DNA from: Squalus acanthias
Taxonomy: Eukaryota
Direction of reading: 5' to 3'
Length of the DNA stretch: 64,000 bases
NCBI GenBank assembly: GCA_030390025.1
Contig: JASTWF010000035.1
Span: 3,410,001-3,474,000, forward strand
Each line of letters opens with the position of its first letter. Positions within the stretch are counted from its first letter, which is position 1. A program made the translations under genes and the position numbers. Under the pieces are notes generated by a model. That model worked only from the letters and a program-made list of their open reading frames with translations. It was not told where the DNA came from and did not search any database. Positions 9,171-20,427 of this stretch are shown in pieces.

Positions 9171-11353
9171 CACGGGGCTGGATCGCTTCCACTGACCAGA
9201 CACTGGGCTGGACCGCTTCCACAGACCAGCCACGGGGCTGGACCGCTTCCACAGACCAGACACGGGGCTGGACCGCTTCCACAGACCAGCCACGGGGCTG
9301 GACCGCTTCCACAGACCAGCCACGGGGCTGGACCGCTTCCACAGACCAGCCACGGGGCTGGACCGCTTCCACAGACCAGACACGGGGCTGGACCGCTTCC
9401 ACAGACCAGACACGGGGCTCGACCGCTTCCACAGACCAGACACGGGGCTGGACCGCTTCCACAGACCAGACACGGGGCTGGACCGCTTCCACAGACCAGC
9501 CACGGGGCTGGACCGCTTCCACAGACCAGACACTGGGCTGGATCGCTTCCACAGACCAGACACTGGGCTGGACCGCTTCCACAGACCAGACACTGGGCTG
9601 GACCGCTTCCACAGACCAGACACTGGGCTGGACCGCTTCCACAGACCAGACACTGGGCTGGACCGCTTCCACAGACCAGACACTGGGCTGGACCGCTTCC
9701 ACAGACCAGACACTGGGCTGGACCGCTTCCACAGACCAGACACTGGGCTGGACCGCTTCCACAGACCAGACACTGGGCTGGACCGCTTCCACAGACCAGG
9801 CACTGGGCTGGATCGCTTCCACAGACCAGGCACTGGGCTGGACCGCTTCCACAGACCAGGCACGGGGCTGGACCGCTTCCACAGACCAGGCACTGGGCTG
9901 GACCGCTTCCACAGACCAGACACTGGGCTGGACCGCTTCCACAGACCAGGCACGGGGCTGGACCGCTTCCACAGACCAGGCACGGGGCTGGACCGCTTCC
10001 ACAGACCAGGCACGGGGCTGGACCGCTTCCACAGACCAGACACGGGGCTGGACCGCTTCCACAGACCAGACACTGGGCTGGACCGCTTCCACAGACCAGA
10101 CACGGGGCTGGACCGCTTCCACAGACCAGACACGGGGCTGGACCGCTTCCACAGACCAGACACGGGGCTGGACCGCTTCCACAGACCAGACACTGGGCTG
10201 GACCGCTTCCACAGACCAGACACTGGGCTGGACCGCTTCCACAGACCAGACACGGGGCTGGACCGCTTCCACAGACCAGACACGGGGCTGGACCGCTTCC
10301 ACAGACCAGACACGGGGCTGGACCGCTTCCACAGACCAGACACGGGGCTGGACCGCTTCCACAGACCAGACACGGGGCTGGACCGCTTCCACAGACCAGA
10401 CACTGGGCTGGACCGCTTCCACAGACCAGACACTGGGCTGGACCGCTTCCACAGACCAGACACTGGGCTGGACCGCTTCCACAGACCAGACACTGGGCTG
10501 GATCGCTTCCACAGACCAGACACTGGGCTGGACCGCTTCCACAGACCAGGGACGGGGCTGGACCGCTTCCACAGACCAGGGACGGGGCTGGACCGCTTCC
10601 ACAGACCAGGGACGGGGCTGGACCGCTTCCACAGACCAGGCACGGGGCTGGACCGCTTTCACAGACCAGGCACGGGGCTGGACCGCTTCCACAGACCAGA
10701 CACTGGGCTGGACCGCTTCCACAGACCAGACACTGGGCTGGACCGCTTCCACAGACCAGACACTGGGCTGGACCGCTTCCACAGACCAGACACGGGGCTG
10801 GACCGCTTCCACAGACCAGACACTGGGCTGGACCGCTTCCACAGACCAGACACGGGGCTGGACCGCTTTCACAGACCAGGCACGGGGCTGGACCGCTTTC
10901 ACAGACCAGGCACGGGGCTGGACCGCTTTCACAGACCAGGCACGGGGCTGGACCGCTTTCACAGACCAGGCACGGGGCTGGACCGCTTTCACAGACCAGG
11001 CACGGGGCTGGACCGCTTTCACAGACCAGGCACGGGGCTGGACCGCTTTCACAGACCAGGCACGGGGCTGGACCGCTTTCACAGACCAGGCACGGGGCTG
11101 GACCGCTTTCACAGACCAGGCACGGGGCTGGACCGCTTTCACAGACCAGGCACGGGGCTGGACCGCTTTCACAGACCAGGCACGGGGCTGGACCGCTTTC
11201 ACAGACCAGGCACGGGGCTGGACCGCTTTCACAGACCAGGCACGGGGCTGGACCGCTTTCACAGACCAGGCACGGGGCTGGACCGCTTCCACAGACCAGG
11301 GACGGGGCTGGACCGCTTCCACAGGCTAGGGACGGGGCTGGATCACTTCCACA
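9171..11353. repeat. Homogeneous 30-bp tandem array, about 73 units
   Basis: Unit GACCGCTTCCACAGACCAGACACGGGGCTG in perfect 30-bp register with a few variant positions. Confidence 0.99.
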
Positions 11354-13190
11354 ACAACAACAACTTGTATTTATATGGCACCTTTAACATAGTAAAACGT
11401 CCCAAGGCACAGCACAGGAGTATTTTAAGACAAAAGAAATGTCACCGATCCACATAAGGATAAATTAGGGCAGGTAACCAAAAGCTTGGTCAAAGAGGTA
11501 GGTTTTAAGGAGCGTCTTAAAGGAGGAAAGAGAGGTAGCGAGGCGGACAGGTTTAGGCAGGGAATTCCAGAGCTTAGGGCCTAGGCAACAGAAGGCACGG
11601 CCACCAAAGGTTGAGCGATTATAATCAGGGATCCTCAAGAGGGCAGAATTAGAGGAGTGCAGATATCTCGCGGGGGCGGGGAGGTTTGTGGGCTGAAGGA
11701 GAGTACAGAGATAGGAAGGGGCGAGGCCATGGAGGGATTTGAAAACAAGGATGAGAATTTTGAAATCGAGGCGCTGCTTAACCGGGAGGCAATGTAGGTC
11801 AGTGAGCACAGGGGTGATGGGCGAACAGGATTTGGTGCGAGTTAGGACACGGGCAGCCGAGTTTTGGATGACACCAAGTTTACATAGGGTGGAATGTGGG
11901 AGGCCAGCCAGGAGTGTGTTCGAATAGTCAAGTCTAGAGGTAATAAAGGCATGGATGAGGGTTTCAGCAGCGGGTGAGCTGAGGCAAGGGCGGAGACAGG
12001 CAATGTTACAGAGGTGGAAGTAGGCGGTCTTTGTTATGCTGCGGATATGTGGTCGGAAGCTCATTTCAGGGTCAAATATGAACCAAGGTTGCGAACAGTG
12101 TGGTTCAGCCTCAGACAGATGTAAGGGAGAGGGATGGAGTCGGTGGCTAGGGAACGGAGTTTGTGGCGGGGACCGAAAACAATGGCTTCGGTTTTCCCAA
12201 TATTTAATTGGAGAAGTGTTTTTTGCTCATCCAGAACTGTATGTCGGACAAGCAGTCTGACAATTTAGACACCATGGAGGGGTCGAGAGAAGTAGTGAGG
12301 TAGAGCTGAGTGTCGTCAGCGTACATGTGGAAACTGATGCTGTGTTTTCGGATGATGTCTCCAAGGGGCAACATGTAAATGAGAAATGGGAGGGGGCCAA
12401 GGATAGATCCTTGGGGGACACCAGAGGTAACGATGCGGGAGCGGGAAGAGAAGCCGTTGCAGGAGATTCTCTGGATACGATTAGATAGATAAGAATGGAA
12501 CCAGGTGAGTACAGTCCCACCCAGCTGGACGATGGTGGAAAGGCATGAAGAAAGTTGATTCCGGAGATGAGGGGGTTATCTTATGAAGAAAGGTTGAGCA
12601 GGTTGGGCCTATACTCATTGGAGTTTAGAAGAATAAGAGGGGATCTTATTGAAACATAAGATTCTGAAGGGGCTCGACAGGGTAGATGCAGAGAGGATGT
12701 TTCCCCTCGTGGGGGAATCTAGAACTCGGGGGCATAATTTCAGAATAAGGGAGCACCCTTTTAAATCGGAAATGAGGAGGAATTTCTTCTCTGAGGGTCG
12801 TGAATCTTTGGAATTCTCCTCCCCAGAGAGCTGTGGAGGCTGGGTCATTGAATATATACAAGGTGGAGATAGACAGATTTTTGAACGATAAGGGAGTCGA
12901 GGGTTAGGGGGAGCGGGCAGGGAAGTGGAGTTGAGGCCAAGATCAGATCAGCCATGATCTTATTGAATGGCAGGCTCGAGGGGCCAAATGACCGACTCCT
13001 GCTCCTACGACTTATGTTCTTATGGAGTGGTGAACCGTGTCAAAAGCTGCAGACAAGTCAAGAAGGACGAGGAGGGATAGTTTACCTTTGTCACAGTCAC
13101 AAACGATGTCATTTGTGACTTTGAGAGCCGTTTCGTTACTGTGGCAAGGACGGAAACCAGATTGGAGGGATGCAAACATGGAATTGTGGG
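11351..13190 (-). mobile_element. L2 LINE, 5'-truncated, split by a CR1 fragment
   Basis: Minus-strand translations ..[28 protein letters not shown].. and ..TAYFHL..SRLDYSNTLLAGLP..LWNSLP..FKTLLKTYLF; (TTG)n tail, seen as ACAACAACAAC at 11351. Confidence 0.92.
12546..13024 (+). mobile_element. CR1 3' fragment nested in L2
   Basis: ORF2 C-terminal remnant (GESRTRGH..RRNFF) and CTTATGTTCTTAT tail; L2 sequence resumes on both sides. Confidence 0.93.
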
Positions 13191-13191
13191 T

Positions 13192-14400
13192 CCAGGGACG
13201 GGGCTGGATCACTTCCACAGACCAAGGACGGGGCTGGATCACTTCCACAGACGGGGCCGGGACCGCTTCCGGGGGCCGGGGCCGGGACCGCTTCCGGGGG
13301 CCGGGGCCGGGACCGCTGCCGGGGGCCGGGACCGCTGCCGGGGGCCGGGGCCGGGACCGCTGCCGGGGGCCGGGGCCGGGACCGCTGCCGGGGGCCGGGG
13401 CCGGGACCGCTGCCGGGGGCCGGGTCCGGGACCGCTGCCGGGGGCCGGGTCCGGGACCGCTGCCGGGGGCCGGGGCCGGGACCGCTGCCGGGGGCCGGGA
13501 CCGCTGCCGGGGGCCGGGGCCGGGACCGCTGCCGGGGGCCGGGGCCGGGACCGCTGCCGGGGGCCGGGGCCGGGACCGCTGCCGGGGGCCGGGGCCGCTG
13601 CCGGGGGCCGGGGCCGGGACCGCTGCCGGGGGCCGGGACCGCTTCCGGGTGCCGGGGCCGCTTCCGGGTGCCGGGGCCGGGGCCGCTTCCGGGGGCCGGG
13701 GCCGCTTCCAGGGGTGCTTCCGGGGGCCAGGGCCGCTTCCGGGGACCGCATCCGGGGGCCGGGACCGCTTCCAGGGGCCGGGGCCACTTCCACGGGACGG
13801 GGCCGGGGCCACTTCCACGGGCCGGGTACGGGGCCGGGGCCACTTCCACGGGCCGGGGCCGGGGCCGGGGCCACTTCCACGGGCCGGGGACGGGGCCGGG
13901 GCCACTTCCGGGGGACGGGGCCACTTCCACGGGCCGGGGGACGGGGCCACTTCCACGGGCCGGGGGACGGGGCCACTTCCACGGGCCGGGGGACGGGGCC
14001 ACTTCCACGGGCCGGGGACCGGGGCCACTTCCACGGGCCGGGGACGGGGCCGGGGCCACTTCCGGGGGACGGGCCACTTCCACGGGCCGGGGGACGGGGC
14101 CACTTCCACGGGCCGGGGGACGGGGCCACTTCCACGGGCCGGGGGACGGGGCCACTTCCACGGGCCGGGGACCGGGGCCACTTCCACGGGCCGGGGACGG
14201 GGCCGGGGCCACTTCCACGGGCCGGGGACGGGGCCGGGGCCGGGGCCACTTCCACGTAACCGGGGACGGGGCTGGGGCCACTTCCACGGACGGGGCCGGG
14301 GCCACTTCCACGGACCGGGGACGGGGCCGGGGCCACTTCCACGGACCGGGGCCGGGGCCACTTCCACGGACCGGGGACGGGGCCGGGGCCACTTCCACTG
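13192..14400. repeat. Extremely GC-rich derivative of the 30-bp satellite with GGGGCC subunits
   Basis: Begins with two canonical-like units (GGACGGGGCTGGATCACTTCCACAGACC), then GGGGCCGGGACCGCTGCCG and GGGGCCACTTCCACGGGCCGGGGAC variants. Confidence 0.95.
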
Positions 14401-14916
14401 ACTACAGTGGCGTGGGATCATTTTTAGTAATCAGAGACAGGGCTAGATCTGGTCGACAAACCAAAGTCATGGCTGGGATCAAATCTAGCAATTAGAGAGC
14501 GTTGGAATCAGTTCTAAAAACTCGGGAGAGAGCTCAGATCAATTCTACAAACCAGTGAGGGCTGGATTACTTTAATGCCAGGGACAGGACTGGAATCAGT
14601 TCTACAAAACAGATACAGAACAGATTCACTTCTACTAATCCAGGAGAGAGCTCAGATCAATTCTGCAAACCAGAGACCGGATTGGTATCACTTTTACTGA
14701 CCCGGAAGAGGGCTGGGATCATTTTTACAAATTAGAGGGATGGGCTCAGTTCTGGCAAATACAGAGAGCTGGAATCAGTTCTACAAGCCCAGGAGAGCAC
14801 TCAGATCAATTATACAAACTACAGAGTGCTGGGACCAGTTCTACAATCCAGAGACCGGACTGGGATCAGTTCTACAAACCAGAGACAGAGTTGGGATCAC
14901 TTCTACAACTAGAGAC
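14401..14916. repeat. Degenerate, more AT-rich 30-31-bp tandem repeat homologous to the 9171-11353 unit
   Basis: Units such as AGAGACCGGACTGGGATCAGTTCTACAAACC align with AGACACGGGGCTG-GACCGCTTCCACAGACC. Confidence 0.85.
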
Positions 14917-15044
14917 AACAACAACTTGCATTTACATAACACCTTTAATGTAGTAAAATGTCCCAAGGTGCTTCACAGGAGCGTTATCAAGCAAAATTTG
15001 ACACCAAGCCCCATAAGGAGATATTAGGACAGGTTCTTGGTCAA
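14915..15044 (-). mobile_element. L2 3' end (left half of a split copy)
   Basis: ACAACAACAACTTGCATTTA tail like that at 11351; continues at 22128 after a 7-kb nested insertion. Confidence 0.88.
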
Positions 15045-15849
15045 TCCAGAGATTAGAAGAGCATGTAACAGGGGCAATACAGTAATCATGGGGGACTTTA
15101 ATCTACATATTGACTGGGCAAATCAAATTACCACGAATGGTGTGGAGGACGAATTCTTGGAATGCGAGATAGTTTCCTGGATCAGTATGTGGAGGAACCA
15201 ACCAGGGAACAGGCGATTCTGGATCTGGTACTGTGTAATGAGAAAGAGCTAATCAATAATCTTGTGGTAAAGGGGCCTTTAGGGACAAGTGACCATAATA
15301 TGATTGAATTTTACATTAAGTTTGAGAGTGATGTAGTCCAATCTGAAACTAATGTCTTCAATCTAAACAGAGGAAACTACAAGGGTATGAGGGACAAGTT
15401 GGCCATGGTAGATTGGGATGACACTAAAAGGTATGAAGGTGGACATACAATGGCTAACATTCAAGGAAATAATGCATAATTTGCAACAAACATATATTCC
15501 TCTAGGGCATAAAAACCCAAAAGGAAAAGTGATCCAACCATGGCTAACAAAAGAAACAAAAGCTAGTATGAAGTCAAAGGAGGAAGCTTATAAAGTTGCC
15601 AGATAAAGCGGTCAGCCTGAGGATTGGGATCTTTTTAGAAATCAGCAAAGGAGGACCAAGAAATTGATAAAGAAAGGGAAAATGGAATATGAGCACAAAC
15701 TAGCGAAAAATATAAAAACTGATTGTAAAAGCTTCTATAGGTATGTGAAAAGAAAAAGACTGGTGAAGGTAAATGTAGGTCCTTTACAGTCAGACGGGAG
15801 AATTTATAATGGGGAATGAGGAATAGAAGAGAAATTAAATAAATACTTT

Positions 15850-16594
15850 GGCCCAGAAATTGATCTCGCTCTGTTCCCGCGGGGGTAAGCCTTCCCCGCG
15901 ATGTCTCACCTCGCTTATGCTTTTTCAGATCCAGCTCGCACGAACTTGATGTTCCAGACATCAGCTGTGCTGGGCTTGCGTATCCCAGCGGCGTAGTGAA
16001 TTCGTGCGAGCTGTGGGATCACGTGACTCAGTTAGAGCCAATGGCAGCACACCATCTTCCATTCATAAGTCTCACAGCATGGCTGTGAAATCTATGAATC
16101 TTACACCCCCCCAAAATAACAGCTAAACCTCAATTAAATTTAAAAAAAAAACCATCACATTAATAAAATAAGTATAGTTAATTAAATTAACCATTTTAAA
16201 TAAAAAATTAAATTTTTGAAAAAATTTAAAATCTTTTAAAAAGTTATAAAATTAAACTTACCTGTCTTTAAAGTCTCTAAAAAAGATATACCTGTAAAAA
16301 AAAATTCAAAAAAATACTTAATTCACTACTTACCTTCTTAAAAGCGGGTCTTACTCCTCCTTTTTACATTTCCAAAATCTTCCCTACTTACCTGCGCGTC
16401 CACAGCATGAAGTGCACAGCGTGCGCGCAGCCTGTAGCGCGCACGCGATGCACCCAGGCCCCGCCCCCTTTTCAGAAGAGCAATTGCCGGTTTTCAGCGC
16501 ATGCGCAGGGCATGCAGAAAACCGGCAATTGGAGTGGGAATACGCGAGAGTACGCAGTGCATACTCTCGCGTCCCGGGATCAATTTTCGGCCCC
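15850..16594. mobile_element. Non-autonomous DNA transposon (MITE), PIF/Harbinger-like
   Basis: Imperfect TIRs GGCCCAGAAATTGATCTCG ... CGGGATCAATTTTCGGCCCC; inserted in CR1 with a probable 3-bp TSD (TTG/ATG); no transposase ORF. Confidence 0.7.
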
Positions 16595-16607
16595 ATGTTT
16601 CTGTCTT

Positions 16608-19600
16608 AACATAGAAACATAGAAGATAGGAGCAGGAGTAGGCCATTCGGCCCCTCGAGCCTGCTCCGCCATTCAATGACATCATGGCTGATCATCCAAA
16701 TTCAGTACCCTGTCGCTGCCTTTTCCCCATATCCCTTGATCCCTTTAGCCTTAAGAAATATATCTAACTCCTTCTTGAATATATTTAATGAATTGGCCTC
16801 CACTGCCTTCTGTGGTACAGAATTCCATAGGTTCACCACTCTCTGGGTGAAGAAATTCCTCCTCATCTCAGTCCTTTATGGCTTACCCCTTATCCTTAGA
16901 TTATGACCCCTGGTTCTGGACTCCCCGACCATCGGGAACATCCTTCCTGCATCTAGTCTGTCTAGTCCTGTTAGAATTTTATAAGTTTCAATGAGATCCC
17001 CTCTCATTCTTCTAAACTCCAGCGAGTATAAGCCCAATCGACCCAATCTCTCCTCATACGTCATTCCTGCCATCCCAGGTATCAGCCTGGTGAATCTTCG
17101 CTGCACTCCCTCCATGGCAAGAACATCCTTCCTCAGATAAGGCGACCAAAACTGCACACAATACTCAAGGTGTGGTCTCACCAAGGCCCTGTACAACTGC
17201 AGCAAGACATCCTTGTTCCTGTACTCAAACCCTTTCGCTATGAAGGCCAACATACCATTTACCTTCTTAACCGCCTGCTGCACCTGCATGCTTACCTTCA
17301 GCGACTGGTGCACAAGGACACCCAGGTCTCGTTGCACTTCCCCTTCTCCCAATCTATTGCCATTCAGATAATAATCTGCCTTCCCGTTTTTGACACCAAA
17401 GTGGATAACCTTGCATTTATCCACGTTATAATGCATCTGCCATGATTCTGCCCAATCACCCAACCTGTCCAAATCATACTGGAGTTTTTCGGCATCCTCC
17501 TCACAGCACACACGCCCACCCAGCTTTGTGTCATCTGCAAACTTGGAGATATTACATCTCGTTCCCTCGTCTAGATCATTAATATATATTGTGAATAGCT
17601 GGGGTCCTAGGACCGATCCCTGCGGTACCCCACTAGTCACTGCCTGCCACTCGGAAAAAGACCCATTTATTCCAACTCTTTGCCTTCTGTCTGCCAACCA
17701 GTTCTCTATCCAAGTCAATACCTTACCCCCAATCCCATGTGCCTTAACTTTACACGCTAATCTCTTATGCGGGACCTTATCGAAAGCTTTCTGAAAGTCC
17801 AAATCCACTGGTTCTCCCTTATCTATTTTACCAGTTACATCTTCAAAAAATTCCAGTAGATTAGTCAAGCATGATTTAGCTTTTGTAAATCCATGTTGAC
17901 TTTGTCCGATCCGGTCACTGTTTTCCAAGTGCTCTGCTATTACATCTTTTATAATGGACTCCAGCATTTTCCCCACTACCGATGTCAGGCTTATCGGTCT
18001 ATAATTCCCCGTTTTCTCTCTACCACCTTTTTTGAATAGTGGGGTAACATTAGCTACCCTCCAATCCATGGGTACTGTTCCAGAGTCTATGAATTTTGGT
18101 AGATGACAAGCAATGCATCTACTATTTCTAGGGCCACTTCCTTAAGTACCCTAGGATGTAGATTATCAGGCCCTTGGGATTTATCAGCCTTCAATCCCGT
18201 CAATTTCGCTAACACCATTTCCCTACAAATACTGATTTCTTTCAGTTCCTCCCTCTCATTAGACCCTATGTTCCCCGACATCTCTGGGAGGTTATTTGTG
18301 TCCTCCTTTGTGAAGACAGAACCAAAGTATGTATTTAATTGGATTGCCATTTCTTTGTTCCCCATTATAAATTCCCCTGATTCTGACTGCAAGGGACCTA
18401 CGTTTGACTTCACCAATCTTTTTCTCTTCACATATGTATAAAAGCTTTTACAGTCAGTTTTTATGTTCCCTGCAAGTTTACTCTCATACTCTATTTCCCC
18501 CCTCTTAATTAATCCCTTTGTCCTCCTTTGCTGAATCCTAAACTGCTCCCAATCCTCAGGTTTGCTGCTTTTTCTGGCCAATTTATATGTCCTCTCCTTG
18601 GATCTTATGCTATTCCTAATTTCCCTTGTTAGCCACGGTTGAGTCACCTTTTTTGTTTTATTGTTATGCCAAACTGGGATGAACAAATTCAGCAGTTCAT
18701 CCATGCGAACTTTGAATGTTTGCCATTGCCTATCCACCGTCAGCCCTTTGAGTAACATTCCCCAATCAATCCTACCCAACTCGCGCCTCATACCATCGTA
18801 GTTTCCTTTATTTAAATTCAGGACCCTAGTCTCCGAGTCAACTACTTCACTCTCCATTTTAATGAAGAATTCTATCATATTATGATCGCTCCGACCCAAG
18901 GGGCCTCGCATAACAAGATTGCTAATTAATCCTTTCTCATTACATAATACCCAGTCTAAGATGGCCTGATCTCTAGTTGGTTCCTCGACATATTGGTCCA
19001 GGAAACCATCCCGTATACACTCCAGGAATTCCTCCTCCACAGTATTGTTACTAATTTGGTTAGCCCAATCTATATGTAGATTAAAGTCACCCATGATAAC
19101 TGCTGTGCCATTATTGCACGCTTCTCTAATTTCCATTTTAATGCCATCCCCAACCTCCGTATTACTGTTTGGGGGTCTGCATACCACTCCCACTAACGTT
19201 TTCTGCCCCTTAGTATTTCTCAGTTCTACTCATACAGATTCCACATCATCAGAGCTAATATCCTTCCTTACAATTGTGTTAATCCCCTCTTTAACCAGCA
19301 ATGCTACCCCACCTCCTTTTCCTTTTTGCCTATCTTTCCTGAATATTGAATACCCCTGGATGTTGAGTTCCCAGCCTTGGTCACCCTGGAGCCATGTTTC
19401 CGTAATCCCAATCATATCATGTTCATTTACCTCTATTTGCGCAGCTAATTCATCCACCTTATTACGAATGCTCCTTGCATTAAGACACAAAGCCTTCAGG
19501 CTTGTTTTTTTAATGCTCTTAGACCTTTTAGAATTATTATTTACTGTGGCCATGTTTGATTTAAACCCTTGATTTCTCTGACTGCCACCTTTGTTTTTCT

Positions 19601-20427
19601 CCTTCCTGTCTTTTGCTTCTATCCTTGTTTCCCTTTTCTCTGTCTCCCTGCTCAGGTTCCCAACCCCCTGCCATTTTAGTTTAAATCCTCCCCCAGAGCA
19701 CTAGCAAACACCTTACCTAGGACATCGGTCCCGGTCCTGCTCAGGTGCAAACTGTCCGGTTTGTACTGGTCACACCTCCCCCAGAACCAGTTCCAATGTC
19801 CCAGGAATTTGAATCCCTCCCCCTTGCACCATTCCTCTAGCCACGTATTCATCTGAAATATCCTTCTATTTCTACTCTGACTAGCACATGGCACTGGTAA
19901 CAATCCTGAGATTACTAACTTTGAGGTCCTATTTTTTAATTTACCTCCTAATTCCCGTTTTTTACCTATATCGTTGGTACCTATATGCACCACGACAACT
20001 GGCTGTTCACCCTCCCCCTCCAGAATGTTCTGCATCCGCTCTGAGACATCCTTGACCCTTGCACCAGGGAGGCAACATAGCATCCTGGAGTCTCGTTTGC
20101 GGCCGCAGAAACGTCTATCTATTCCCCTTACAATAGAATCCCCTATCACTATAGCTCTCCCACTCTTTTTCCTCCCTTCCTGTGCAGCAGAAACACCCTC
20201 GGTGCCAGGAAGTTGGCTGCTGCTGCCTTCCCCCGGTAAGCCATCCTCCCCAACAATATCCAAAGCGGTATATCTGTTTGAGAGGGGGATGGTCACAGGG
20301 GACCCCTGCACTACCTGCCTGCACCTACTGCTCTGCCTGGTGGTCACCCATTCCTTTCTTGCCTGTGCAGCCTTTACCTGCGGTGTGACCAACTCACTAA
20401 ACGTGCTATCCATGACATTCTCAGCAT
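16608..20427 (-). mobile_element. CR1 LINE with most of ORF1 and a stop-disrupted ORF2
   Basis: ORF1 esterase (GDSIVRG, GTND) at 19676-20427; ORF2 broken into 19230-19553, 18087-19193 and 16876-18069; tail at 16608. Confidence 0.96.

Noticed and set aside
8531..11353. CRISPR-like array (palindromic 37-bp repeats, regular 30-bp period)
   Set aside because: No unique spacers, no cas genes, vertebrate context; these are plain tandem repeats.
9076..11387. ORFs of 495-748 aa on both strands
   Set aside because: They arise from a 30-bp unit lacking stops in several frames; no domain or splice context.
13012..14495. Collagen-like or Gly/Pro-rich ORFs
   Set aside because: All six frames are open because of GC composition; no sustained Gly-X-Y period.
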